Assembly: GCA_008632985.1 (NCBI GenBank)
Contig: QPGO01000017.1
Span: 434,001 to 498,000, forward strand
Reading direction: 5' to 3'
Origin: Psammoneis japonica
Lineage: Eukaryota
Length of the DNA stretch: 64,000 bases
Shown here: positions 25,136-37,211 of the stretch, in pieces
How positions within the stretch are numbered: position 1 is the stretch's first letter
Layout: every line of letters starts with the position of its first letter
Notes under the pieces: generated by a model
What the model was told of the DNA's origin: nothing
What the model saw: the letters and a program-made list of their open reading frames with translations, nothing else
Databases searched by the model: none
Translations under genes and position numbers: made by a program

Positions 25136-25828
25136 AGTGTGTTTCTTTTACAATTTCTTCTGTACAACGTCTCTTTTCGGTGGACTTGTAGGTGCCGTAA
25201 CGATGGTTTGACCACAACGCTTGACTCCAGTTAGATCGAAAAGTCATGGGGGTCAAGACCAGAACTTTGGCCTTCTCTTTTTGATCCTTGTCTGTGCACT
25301 GTTCCCAATTCATTTCTTGTCTGATGGAGATGTTTTGATTCAGCACAGAGTAAATGCTATCTAATACAAAGTAGAGAAGCTGTCATGTGCAACACGCCGG
25401 GGACAGAGTTTCCCCCTTTTGTTCGTCATAGCTTCCGACGTTCAACCAATGAAACGACTCGGACCAAACGTACGTACGCATGCTACGTACAAGTAGCAGC
25501 CTACTGAGTCACTGTACTGTACAATCACGCGCAAATTCTGCAATCGCTCACATTTTCATCCTGAATCAATCCGAAGAACACTGAAGGAAAGAACGGAACA
25601 GATTCTTGCATCTATTGCTTCTCCTCCATGAGAAAGTGCTCAACTAAGACCTGTGAATCGAGACGATTTTCGCCCTCTCGACACACCAAAGATAGTAGCT
25701 CGCTTCGCCGGATTATCATCGAAGTTTCTCTTTTCGATTGTATTTTCGCCCGGAAAACCCGGAGGTTGAAGTCACGATCTCGTCACAGCGACCGCTGTGC
25801 TGAACTTTTACCTTTTTTGATCGCTTTC

Positions 25829-28309
25829 ATGGACGAAGATTTGATGGCACAAGCGCTGTTTGCTAATCGAGAACTCATAGAAGAGCCTATCGAACGTTCA
25901 GGAATTACATCGAAGCGTCGTCGACCTACGTCTTATAATAATCACATGAGATACCGACAATTTTTTCCGTACACAAGAATCATGGTGATGATGTTGCTGT
26001 TGCAAAGATTCGCGAACTCAATCGTCGCGTATAGTCCAATGAAGCAGTCCCTGACACGAAGCGGATCATTTCTCTCGAGAAGATTTTCAGCATGTAATAT
26101 GAAAATGGCCGCTGATTCACGGGAATTACGGTTCTACTCCGGATCAGCGGCGATTCTGGAACAACACGAACCCCTCTTTGCGAGTGTCGTTGCATCAGAG
26201 GAGATAAGAGACAATCCTAAAGAAAAGCTCAAGTCAGCAAATGGTAGCCCAATACTGCCATTTCTCTCGGCTTCGGGACCCGCTTCTGGTGATGATACTG
26301 GTTCCCTGAACGGAAGACATTCTTCTGACAAGAATAGTAACGTTGAAGTCGGTCCGGCACTCGATCTGTCTAAGGAAGAAGAACGTCTCTTCATTCTGCT
26401 TTCGCAAGTAACTGAAGAGACTGATATTTCGTCAACTTTAAGAGTTGCAGGTGGCTGGGTTCGTGACAAGCTCTTGGCCACGAAAGAATACCAGCATTAC
26501 CACAAAACTGCCAAGGCTGAACGATTAACATCCAAGTCTAAGGCTAAGCCGACAGCCCCGGACGCCCAACAGCCATCAATGGGACGACAGGGGACTAAGG
26601 TCATAACGGACGTCTCCATGCATCCTGTGGATATTGACATTGCGCTTGATGATATGTTGGGACGTGAATTCGCCGACCACTTGAACGAGTTCCTCTCTGA
26701 ACATGGTCGCGAGACGGTGTCGGTTGGCGTGGTTCTGAAGAACCCAGAAAAATCCAAACACTTGGAAACAGCTACAATGAAAGTGGGTAGTTTCTGGATC
26801 GACTTTGTTAATTTGCGGGCCGAAGAATACACTCAAGACAGCCGAATACCTGATCTTATGCGAATTGGAACTCCCGCTGAAGATGCATTTCGACGTGATT
26901 TGACCATCAATGCACTCTTCTACAACATAAACACCCGGCAAGTGGAAGATTGGACAGGACGGGGACTGGAAGACTTGCGTCGTGGTGTTGTGGCGACACC
27001 GTTGGCTCCGCTTACGACCCTTCTAGACGATCCGCTTCGTGTATTGCGGTCGATTCGGTTTGCCGCTAGACTACGATTTGGTATGGATGAAGACTTAGTT
27101 GCCGCAGCGAAAGATGAACGGGTGAGAGATGCGCTCGCCCAAAAAGTGTCGCGGGAACGCGTTGGAGGAGAGGTTGATCTCATGCTTCGGTCGCCAGATC
27201 CTGTGGGTGCAATGAGACTTTTGATCAATCTCGACCTTGTTGACACGGTGTTTCCTGTTGAGTGCTATGTTGCCGACGAACGAGATCGCGAAAACATCTA
27301 CAACGACGGGTTGATCTTATTGACCACGACGCACGACCACGTTTGTGATTGCAAAGCGAATCCTCCCGTTTGGTGTGAGGCCAAGCGGGCCATGAGTACT
27401 GCGGCATTTGGCGTCAATGAACAAATACTCATGGACGATGAGAATGCACGACGATTGCTTTGGTACGCCTCTTTTCTTAAACCTCTCATGGACTATTCGA
27501 ATCGAAAGATTCCAAGTATCACGGCACGACGACGACAAGGACGAAAAGCTAATCGGTCTGTTGTGAGCAAAGTCTTGGTTGACGAATTGAAACGACCCAT
27601 GCGAGATGCCGAGGCTGCAGAGAAGATCATGAAGGCCGCCGATGACTTTACGAGACTCATCAACAGCGGATGTGATTTGTCTGCAATGGCAATACTTGTC
27701 AGTGACGTCAAGATTCAGCACCCGAAAGGGAACACAGAACTGGATGGTTTCGGTGTGACTTGCCTGATGGACTCGCAGCCGGTGGACAGCGAAACAGAGG
27801 ATCACCCGGTTTGGACGCACGCAATGGAGTTCCGATTACTGTGCAGTAAAGTCTTGCAACGGGTAGGGTCGTACTGGAGAGCAGCGTTAATACTCTCACT
27901 ATCGGAACAACTTGTAAACTTGCATATGGAACTGGACTACGCCATCGAAGGTGACGTGGTAAGTAAATTGAAATGTTTGATTATTTTGTTATTGAAGCAA
28001 AGACAACTTATGCTCCTTTCTTCTTGGTTGCCACAGGTGGACGAGAGCCAGGAAGAAAGACGGCAAGGTATTATTCAGAACTACGACGCTTTCGCTGCGG
28101 CGTTGCAACAAATGGGTCTGATTGGCATTTGGAGCCAGAAGCCGTTATTGGACGGAGGGGCGATGAAGAAGGTTCTCCCGCAGATCCCCAAGGGACCGGG
28201 TTTTCGAGAAGTAATGGAAGAGCAGGAGAATTGGATGACAACGCATCCAGGTGGCAGTAAAGAAGCACTTGCGAGACACGTTCAGGATACTTTTCCCGAG
28301 TATGTATAG
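25829..28309 (+). CDS. CCA1: CCA-adding tRNA nucleotidyltransferase (class II) with long N-terminal extension
   Basis: LRVAGGWVRDKLL, DIDIALD, DFVNLRAEEYTQDSRIP, EDAFRRDLTINALFYN and DDPLRVLRSIRFA. In-frame intron at about 27959-28036. True start uncertain (25628, 25829 or 25982). Confidence 0.9.
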   Translation: MDEDLMAQALFANRELIEEPIERSGITSKRRRPTSYNNHMRYRQFFPYTRIMVMMLLLQRFANSIVAYSPMKQSLTRSGSFLSRRFSACNMKMAADSRELRFYSGSAAILEQHEPLFASVVASEEIRDNPKEKLKSANGSPILPFLSASGPASGDDTGSLNGRHSSDKNSNVEVGPALDLSKEEERLFILLSQVTEETDISSTLRVAGGWVRDKLLATKEYQHYHKTAKAERLTSKSKAKPTAPDAQQPSMGRQGTKVITDVSMHPVDIDIALDDMLGREFADHLNEFLSEHGRETVSVGVVLKNPEKSKHLETATMKVGSFWIDFVNLRAEEYTQDSRIPDLMRIGTPAEDAFRRDLTINALFYNINTRQVEDWTGRGLEDLRRGVVATPLAPLTTLLDDPLRVLRSIRFAARLRFGMDEDLVAAAKDERVRDALAQKVSRERVGGEVDLMLRSPDPVGAMRLLINLDLVDTVFPVECYVADERDRENIYNDGLILLTTTHDHVCDCKANPPVWCEAKRAMSTAAFGVNEQILMDDENARRLLWYASFLKPLMDYSNRKIPSITARRRQGRKANRSVVSKVLVDELKRPMRDAEAAEKIMKAADDFTRLINSGCDLSAMAILVSDVKIQHPKGNTELDGFGVTCLMDSQPVDSETEDHPVWTHAMEFRLLCSKVLQRVGSYWRAALILSLSEQLVNLHMELDYAIEGDVVSKLKCLIILLLKQRQLMLLSSWLPQVDESQEERRQGIIQNYDAFAAALQQMGLIGIWSQKPLLDGGAMKKVLPQIPKGPGFREVMEEQENWMTTHPGGSKEALARHVQDTFPEYV

Positions 28310-28452
28310 AATCGGGCGCATTCGTGCCGCAAGGAAGATAATTCCATTCTAGGGGTGGAGAACCCAGCTTCCGGATCGGCGACCCAATATATCCTGAACT
28401 CAACAGTTTACCAGCAAATGTTAATAATCATGCATATTATTTTTCACGCTTA

Positions 28453-28726
28453 ACCGCAGGATCAGTACCGGTGGCTACAGCTCAGCCGTAGATGTAGGAC
28501 CAATCTGCGGTGCTCTTTTAATCACCAACCCGATGACCTAATTTGGGTGAGTTAAATGCCGTTGTGTGGGTGAGAAACCCGTGCGGTCTTTCTTAGTTGC
28601 ATCTTCATTTCTTGCGCAAAACTATGGAACAAAGAATCTAGAGAGTAGACTGACCCGTGAAGGGGTAAGCCCACGAACTACTTCTGCTTGTGGTCGTGCT
28701 TTGTAAGTAAAGAGTTTACCTTACTT
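28453..28726 (-). ncRNA. Putative structured non-coding RNA, family unassigned
   Basis: Several intergenic hairpins whose imperfect pairs read as G-U only on the minus strand. Confidence 0.35.
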
Positions 28727-29240
28727 GGAGATCACAGGTCCACGGTATATGTTAGGCCATTGATGGTGAGAAAACTACTACTCTAGAGTAGGCGTGAGTG
28801 GTGAGTGATGCTTTGCTGTGTGACTGTGTGAACTGTGACCGGTTTAATCGAGTCGAATGAGTCGTCTTTCGCTGGCGCGCCATCACAAATTAAATTATGA
28901 TTTTACAAAAACCTTGATAGTAAGTATCCATTGTTAAATCTTGTATATTTTAACGTCTTTGTTGATTAAGAATATTTTAATCCGTTCCATGTAAAAAAAT
29001 ATATATATTTACGAATGTAGCAATAGCTAACTTTTTCAAAAAATTCGAATGGCAAGCGCGCCGGCGTCGGCACAACCGTGAGTAAACAAAACGGTTGTCA
29101 CAGGCGAGGAGCGGGACGTTTGAACTGTTGCTGACTTTTGCATCGTACTGTACTTGAAAAACAGGGAGAGAAGTTCTTGCCTAGGAACGAATCTCGAGAG
29201 GGAGAGAGATCGTGTTGTAGAGCCAAATCTCACCGACATC

Positions 29241-31875
29241 ATGGCCGCGTCGAGTCTGAATGAATTACGCGCGCGCTATGAGGATTTTCTTCGCAACGAA
29301 GTGAGTGCGATGAACTGATTGCTCTTATTATTTTACATACCGCAATGCACTCACCCCTTGAACATTTTGTTTCAATAGCGACACAACCTCGTGGAACGAG
29401 TAGCAACAGCAGTGGATGACTACGTTCATAAAGCAAAGGGTAATGGGGGAGTCGGAAAGAACGCTTCCGATGCTGTCGGTTGGGGTTGTCCACGAGTGCG
29501 GTATGTTACTGTTTATGTGCACTTGCAAAAGTACCGTTTTGAGTACGTCAGTGTTGAAGGCATCTTACGCGAACACTTGCATTCTTCTTATGTCTTTCAG
29601 AATTAGCATGTCAGAGCTGCGATCCGAAAATCCTCTTCTCGCACAGAACTTACGAACGGATCCGTTCCGGCACCTGAGAGCACTCGAGACGGCTTGTGAC
29701 GCCGTTGCGGCTGAAGAAAGACCGGGCTATGATAAAGAAGGTATGATGATTGTTGCGTGCATGTTACTTTTCTACAAGCGAGCTATTCTCACTTTCCTGT
29801 CGTTCTTCACCTTCTTCACAAAAGGCGTCAAAATCAAAGTCGCTTTGGCGGGTCCCGTAAGTGCCGAGACATCAAGTCCCCGCGACCTTGCCTCATCGTC
29901 TTTGAGGCAGCTCGTGTGTGTGGAGGGAGTAGCAACAAAGGTGTCAGCCATCAAGCCCAAAGTTGTCAAGTCGGTTCACTACAGTAATGCCACGAAACAG
30001 CACCAGGCTCGCGAATATGTGGATGCGACGGATCCACACTTGGGTCTCCAAGCCGTTGATGCATCAGGGAGAGAACTCCCAGACCGAATTATCAATATCA
30101 CTTCTTCTGTCTACCCTACTAAGGACAGCGAAGGAAACCCTTTGGAAACTGAGTTTGGCCTCTCTACGTACAAGGACCATCAGACCATTACGCTTCAGGA
30201 GATGCCGGAACGAGCTCCGATGGGTCAGCTGCCTCGCTCAGTAGAACTCGTGTTGGATTATGATCTCGTAGACAAAGTCAAACCGGGAGATCGAGTTCAG
30301 GTGGTCGGTGTCTACCGCGCATTGTCACTTGCCGCAACGGGGCAATCGTCTACCCCTGGCGTATTTAGGACTGTCGTGTTGGTAAACAACGTGCAAATTC
30401 TGGGTCGGGACTCTAGCAATCTTACCTTTTCTCCGCAGGATGTTCGGGACATTAGATCCCTGGCAAAGCACGATGACATTCTTTCGGTTCTTGGTCGTAG
30501 CTTGGCTCCCTCGATCCATGGTCACACTGTGATCAAGAAAGCCTTGACCCTGCAGCTTTTATCGGGAACGGAGAAGAACCTGGCAAATGGGACCCATCTT
30601 CGTGGAGACATCAACGTTCTCATGGTTGGAGACCCATCTACGGCAAAGAGTCAGTTGTTACGGTCTGCTATGACGATTGCCCCGCTTGCGGTGTCCACTA
30701 CTGGTAAAGGATCATCTGGAGTCGGTTTGACGGCGGCCGTCACGTCGGATCCCGACACAAGGGAGCGGAGGCTTGAAGCGGGAGCAATGGTACTTGCCGA
30801 TCGTGGGCTTGTATGTGTGGATGAGTTTGACAAAATGGGGGAGAACGACAGAGTAGCGATCCACGAAGCTATGGAACAGCAAACCGTCACTATTGCAAAG
30901 GCTGGCATTCACGCTAGTCTCAACGCAAGGTGCTCGGTTCTGGCGGCGGCAAACCCCGTCTATGGACAGTATGATCGGAAACGTCGCATCCAAGACAATA
31001 TTGGGCTTCCTGACTCTCTCCTGAGTCGTTTTGACTTGCTCTTTATTGTTCTTGATCAGCTAGATCCCGACAGTGATAGGAGGATTGCTGCTCACGTGAT
31101 TCGCGGTCACCGATACAGACCAGCCTATGGAGCTCCCGGCCATGATAGCGATTATGATTCGGATGACTCCGACGACGAAGCAGCTGGGGAAGACCCCGAC
31201 AGTCGAAAGCAAACCGTATGGCAGCGCTCTAGTCATCTGACGCAGAACGAATACACGCACTTGAATACGTACGAAGATCCAGACCCTCACTCGAACGACG
31301 TACTGCAACATGACTTTCTCCGAAAGTACCTTCATTTTGCCAAGACACGAATGAAGCCGGTGCTAACCGAGGGCGCCAGGGAGTGCATTGCCAATCGTTA
31401 CGCTGAGATGAGGAGTCGACAGGACGAGCGCACGCTCCCAATCACGGCGCGAAGTTTGGAAACGGTTATTCGACTGGCTACCGCTCACGCCAAGGCCAGG
31501 TTGAGCAACGTGGTGGAAGCGGAACCGGATTGTTCCATCGCTATGGATATTCTCGGCTTTGCTCTTTACCACGAGAACAGTCACAATGTTGCTGGGGGAG
31601 AGAAACGTGCTCAAGTTTCCGATAGTGGAGAATCTGATCAAGAAGACGAAGCTTCTTCAAGTCCTAAACGAATGCGCACGGACGACGACAAGGGCGACGC
31701 CTCCAATGAGTTGAAGCGTCGCATTTGGGATGATTTGGTCAATGCAGACGGGTCTTTACCTATTGACGAGGCATGTGCCGATGAAGAAGATCGTGAAGCA
31801 GTCTTGGAGGCTGCCAACGAAATGAGTAAGGAAGGTCGAGTCATGTTGGCCGATGGGGAACTTTACCAGCTCTAA
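29241..31875 (+). CDS. MCM3: DNA replication licensing factor MCM3
   Basis: GNPLETEFGLSTYKDHQTITLQEMPERAPMGQLPRS, Walker A GDPSTAKSQ, CVDEFDKM and SLLSRFDL. ATG at 29241 with short 5' introns. Confidence 0.95.
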
Positions 31876-32385
31876 TCAATTCGCAATGTCTCTTGGGAAC
31901 TATCTAGCTTGAATATTCTACGATACTAGAGAGAAAGAGGCTACCGTACATGGTTAGTGCATTTTTTTATACATACACTACAGCAGAGAGTTGACCACGG
32001 TCCAACACGGAGAGTGCTCACTGTGACAGTGTCGTTCTCATAGCTGTGCTCTGAGCACATTATGCATACAGTACGTGTTTCATTGGTCGGTGCAACTTTA
32101 TACAAAAACGCTCTACCGGTACTGGTTGAGGCGAGAGACAGACTACGGTAGCTGACGCGGCATGTGAACAATAAAGAATGTTTGAGTCCAACAAAGCGTA
32201 CTATGTTATCATAAGGTGTAAGGTTCAAATAATTGGTACAGAATATTCGGTGGAATTCGGCGTCGTTCTACATTTTTTCTGGAGAATGGAATAGATACAT
32301 CAAACAAGTCTCCGCTTTCCCACTTTTCGAATATCGAAAAGCGTACTACAGGATCAAAGGGACAGGCGTCACACACATGATGCTC

Positions 32386-32970
32386 TCATTGAAGAGCTGC
32401 ACCTGTTGGCAGCTCAAAAATCTTGATCAGATTCCCCCCTCGCCTAAATCTAAACGATCCATAGGCTGACGCCAGGACAACCAAGACAAAAATGGAAAGC
32501 CAATTCAGCCAAGTACGTCTATCTGTAAATTGCGCTCTTGTCACCGCAAGGGCCTGGAGCACGTAGCAGAAAAAAAGAGCCTCGCAAACTGACCTACGAA
32601 ACCGGCCGTCGTCGACAAAACGAATGTGCCAAAGTATCCATCCACACGCAAGTCTCAAGCAACCATACAAACTGCAGGAAAATACAACAAAGATGAGGGA
32701 TATTCTATGCAACAGTGCGAATCCACCTCTTCTTAAAACATGCAACTCACCGCATCGCTTCATGCACTCCGTGAGAGTAACTGCCGCCATTCATTCTCAT
32801 CAATATTCCGTGCGGCGAAAGGAGGGCCATGACCCCAAAAATTACAGACGCCCCAGCATCAACTGCAAACAAGCGATCGAGTTGTTTTCGAGCATCGTTC
32901 ATGATGACATGATGTTACTTATAGTTGTGATAGTACCTTTGTTGTCGAAGGTCGATCGATGCGAATTGGT
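32386..32970 (-). CDS. Hypothetical small multi-pass membrane protein, spliced
   Basis: Hydrophobic ORF segments, with an apparent intron at about 32749-32673. No family recognised; 5' end approximate. Confidence 0.5.
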
Positions 32971-33891
32971 AAAAAGGTAGAGGCAAGGGAGGTACGGTAC
33001 TTCTCTCTCTAGAGGTAGTACTGTAGAAGCGAAGCAAGCAGTAAGCAAGCAGTAAGCAAGAGATGAATGAATGTATGAAGCTAAAGGCAACTTAAAGGCA
33101 CAGAGATCTCTTTTTTCTTTTTTTTTTGAAAGATCACAAACAAGCTCGATCGACGTCGCTCACGTCACTTTGATGGTTGTTGGATGACGCACGTTTTGCT
33201 GGCCGCACACGTACGCAAGACAAACTGGATGAGGCGCGCCATTTTTATTTGTGACTACTTTTGATTTCAAATTCATATCCAAATTGTGTCTGTATACTTT
33301 ATTAATGTCGTTTGTCAGGACTCGCAATACTCTTTCCTATGAAGATGAATATATATTATTTCTTTTGATTATTGACAGTGGCCTGTAATATATATCTATG
33401 TACTTTAGAGCCGAATTTAAATCTGTATTTTTCCTTGTGAACGCGTGCGCGACCGACCGCCATTCACTTCTAAATGATATATAAACATGCTTTTGGCTAT
33501 CATATCTCTATTTTAGTCGCACTTCTGTCTAATATATTGATTGACGTTAAATGACGTTTCTGTTTCGTTGAGTCGTTGTCAGCGAGGCGATAACGTATTT
33601 TTTTGAAATTGATTTCTCATTTGGGAACCCGTAGCTTTCCACGTGACTTTCTCGTACTAAAAAGTCGGACAACCAGCTTGTGCCATCAAGAACGACACAA
33701 GCAAGGGCTTCAACAGAGCAGGAGGTGCGACTGTTTTCTTTGGTGGATCGCGTCGCAAACGCTTACGGCGAGTGTGTATAAAGCAGAAGGGCGAAGCATC
33801 GAAACGCAGTCGAGAGCTTGTCGTGTGCCATCTTTGTGTGAGAGAGGTGCTACTGCGAAACTCGAGAGACGAGAGTTCGTGTTTGAATCAA

Positions 33892-36737
33892 ATGACAGTG
33901 GAAATCACGGCGACTGCTTCGACCGGCTATCTACAACCCAGCACCAATCCATTTGCTAAAAGCTCGCTGAAATCACAAATCATGGCCAGTACCAGAACGC
34001 GTGCTCCTCTTCAACCGCGAAAGCCTAGCGTCGTCTCGTCGTCATCGTCAGGCAGCGATGAGTTTTCGAGCGGAAGCTACATGAATTCGAAACGCTTTCC
34101 TCTGGAAGAATCTTCTCACAACGAAAACAACAAGCGCATCAATTCTTTCGGGAGGGACATGCTAAGGAGAGCGAACGACGTTGCTGATAACTCGAATTCA
34201 AGTACCGTCGCGCAAACAGGAGCACCAACGTTGCCTCCATCGGCGACCTCGCAATCAAGCCGTGCAAGCAAACCGATGCTTCAGCGCAGTGATTCTGACA
34301 CTGTCTCCAAGTCGTCACGTAGTCAGGAGCCGGATACTGTCATCATTGAGGAGAAGCGACGACGATTGAATGGCGAGGGATACACAGTTCATCGGTACCT
34401 ACGTGGAAAGATGTTGGGCAAAGGCGGATTTGCTAAAGTTTATCACTGCACAGCCCTTGATACGAACAAATCTTACGCTGTGAAGATCGTGCCCAAGTCG
34501 AACCTTGTCAAGCCTCGCGCGAAACAAAAGGTAAGAACTATCAGCGGCGTTTTCCCTCCCACGTTTATGTGGTCCGGCAGTTTTCTCACGTTTTTTATTA
34601 ACCATACTCTTTTCTATCCCATCGTAGTTGCAAGCCGAGATCAAGATTCACCGCACGCTCAAACATAAACACATTTGCGAATACAAACATTTCTTTGAGG
34701 ATAAGACGAACTGCTACATCCTCCTTGAGCTATGTCATAAGCAAAGTATGAACGAGTTGATGAAAAGACGAAAGCGCTTGACAGAGCCGGAAGCCGCGTA
34801 CTTTATGAAGCAGCTCATCGAAGCCGTTCGTTATATGCATGATCAACGAGTCATTCACAGGGACCTGAAGCTGGGCAACCTCTTTCTGGATAAGAACTTA
34901 CACATCAAGGTGGGGGATCTAGGGCTTGCAACTCGACTTGAGACGTCCGAGGAGAAGCGAAAGACTATTTGCGGCACTCCCAACTACATTGCTCCTGAAG
35001 TCATTCAAGGGAGCAGAGAGACTCGTGGACATTCATTCGAGGTCGATATTTGGTCCATGGGGGTCATTCTTTTTACGACACTGGTTGGGAAGCCTCCGTA
35101 CGAAGCGAAGGACGTCAAGGCCACGTACCAACGCATCATTGCGAACCAGTACAGCTTCCCTAGCAACTTGAAGATATCCGAGAACGCTCGAGACCTTATC
35201 GCTTCCATGCTGCAATCGAAGCCCCACAAGAGGTGAGATATGAGGAAGAAAGAAACTTAGAAATAGCCCCGAAGATGCTAGCTCACATTCTTCTGTTTTT
35301 TCTTTGTTGTACCTGACAGACCAACACTTGACGAGATTGAGGTGCATGGTTTTTTAACGTCTAATGGCTACGTGATTCCAAGGTCGCTTCCTTCCAATGC
35401 CACTCACGTGCGACCTCAGTGGCAGAAGGACGATTTGGGTAACTTGACTGCAGTCAACGCTCCTGATAACGAGAATACCAACCAACTTTCTCGGAAGAAA
35501 TCACAGCCATCGATGCCGGGTCATTCGACACGCCGTCAGCCATTTGCTTCCAAGGATCCAAACACCGGTGCTTCCAACAGACTTTCGAAAGCCCATGTCG
35601 AGCCGAAGAGCGATGGTACTGTAGCCAACGCTTTCATCAATCCACGCAGTGCTTTGCCAACTTCATCGGCATCGTCTAAACCCCATTCGACGCCCGGTTT
35701 CAAAATCTTTGACGAGACTAAAACTACATCTGAAAAAGCGACCGAGTGCGATAACCGCGAAAAGCAGCTTCAGTCTAGGTCGACTCAAGAAAGTGATGCC
35801 GCGGGCGATTTGGTTGCAAAGACTGCAGCTCTTTCCTTGAACTCAAAGACCGTCAAGGAACCGCCCAAGACTCCCGTTGATCATGATTTGCAGGTGTTGC
35901 ATTCCATTCTTGATAATCTCAATAATGTCTTGGACGATGGAACAGCGAAAGCGGGCTCTCTTTTAAAGTCGCTACCAACGAAACTTGTCTCGGGTGCCGG
36001 GCCATCCAGATGGGTTACTCGATACGTTGACTATACCACCAAGTATGGACTTGGATTTCTCCTGAACGACGGAAGGTAAGGCATTTCAAGGGCTTCAGAG
36101 TGGATAACATACATTGTTTTATACGTATTTTACACTCAATTTGTCTTATTTTGTCTTCTCTTATGTACCAATTGCTTCCTCCAGTTCTGGAGTTTACTTC
36201 AACGATTCAACAAAAGTGGTTCTTGAACCGAAGGGAGAAACCTTTGAGTACATTGAAAGGAGAAAAGTTCAAGTGGATTCTCCAGGCACAAGCGTTTTCC
36301 GTCGAAATGAACCTTACTGCGAAACTTTTTCCCTGTCTGATTACCCTGAAAGGCTTGAGAAGAAAACGACTCTGTTGAAACACTTTCGCAACTACCTGAT
36401 TGATCAGCAGAAACGTGCACAAGAGAAAGGGGAAGAGATTGCCGACGCACAGAGCGGTTCATTTGGAGATCAGTTTGTCTTTCTGAAGAAATGGATACGT
36501 ACGAAGCACGCCATCCTTTTTCGTCTCAGTGACCAAACTGTACAAATCGTCTTTTACGATCAAACTGAGGTACTCCTTACCCCAGACGAGCGTTACATCA
36601 CCTACGTTGACAAGAAACGAGTTCGATCTACGTTTTACTTCAATGATGCGCTAGTTTCAGGGAACCCAGAACTTGCAAAGCGGCTCAAGTACGCAAAGGA
36701 GATTTTGAGCCAGCTGGCGGCGGGACACCGACGTTAA
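33892..36737 (+). CDS. PLK1: Polo-like kinase
   Basis: GKGGFAKVY, HRDLKLGN, GDLGLA and CGTPNYIAPE kinase motifs. Polo boxes WVTRYVDYTTKYGLGF, GVYFNDST and KKWIRTKHAILFRLSD. Four exons; start 33892 or 33982. Confidence 0.95.
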
Positions 36738-36899
36738 ACAAACCTCGCAGCGTTTCGCAGATAGGGATAATTCTCGTTCTCATTTTGGAATCTCATTTTG
36801 GAACCGTGGCTTTGCGCTCAACGTAACTTTATCAGAATACGGGCTTTGTCGAACAAAGCCCCTTAAGTAATCTTAGAAAGATTAGCTATTTATCACTTT

Positions 36900-37140
36900 G
36901 AAGGGAACGCGAATCCAGCCCCCGAATTCGTCTACATTCATTCCAGGAAGGGCCTTCCCTACGATAGTACTCCACCTGCTGCTTTGTCCGCCATCTGTAG
37001 CGTCATTTCTCCGGCACCGGAAGTACTACTAGAGAATACAGCTTCCGGTCGATCAGCAATTCCGCAGAAGAGAGAATTGTTGCGCACGGCTGAAGTGACG
37101 CTGTGGGAAAGGCCCGAGGGAGGTCAACGGTGGACTGTAC
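36900..37140 (+). ncRNA. Putative multibranch structured RNA between convergent genes
   Basis: Four nested stems with G-U pairs readable on the plus strand (coordinates in findings). Confidence 0.45.
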
Positions 37141-37211
37141 CGGTACGTTGAGACTCAAATAACGATAAGGAAATATTGTACCAGTCTTACTTTCTTTGAA
37201 CTCTACTAAAC

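Noticed and set aside
28310..28730. TPP riboswitch, U3, U4, RNase MRP or telomerase RNA identity for the structured region
   Set aside because: Only partial motif resemblance. No CTGAGA plus CCTGAT core, no ordered C'/B/C/D boxes, no canonical P4 and no CCCTAA template.
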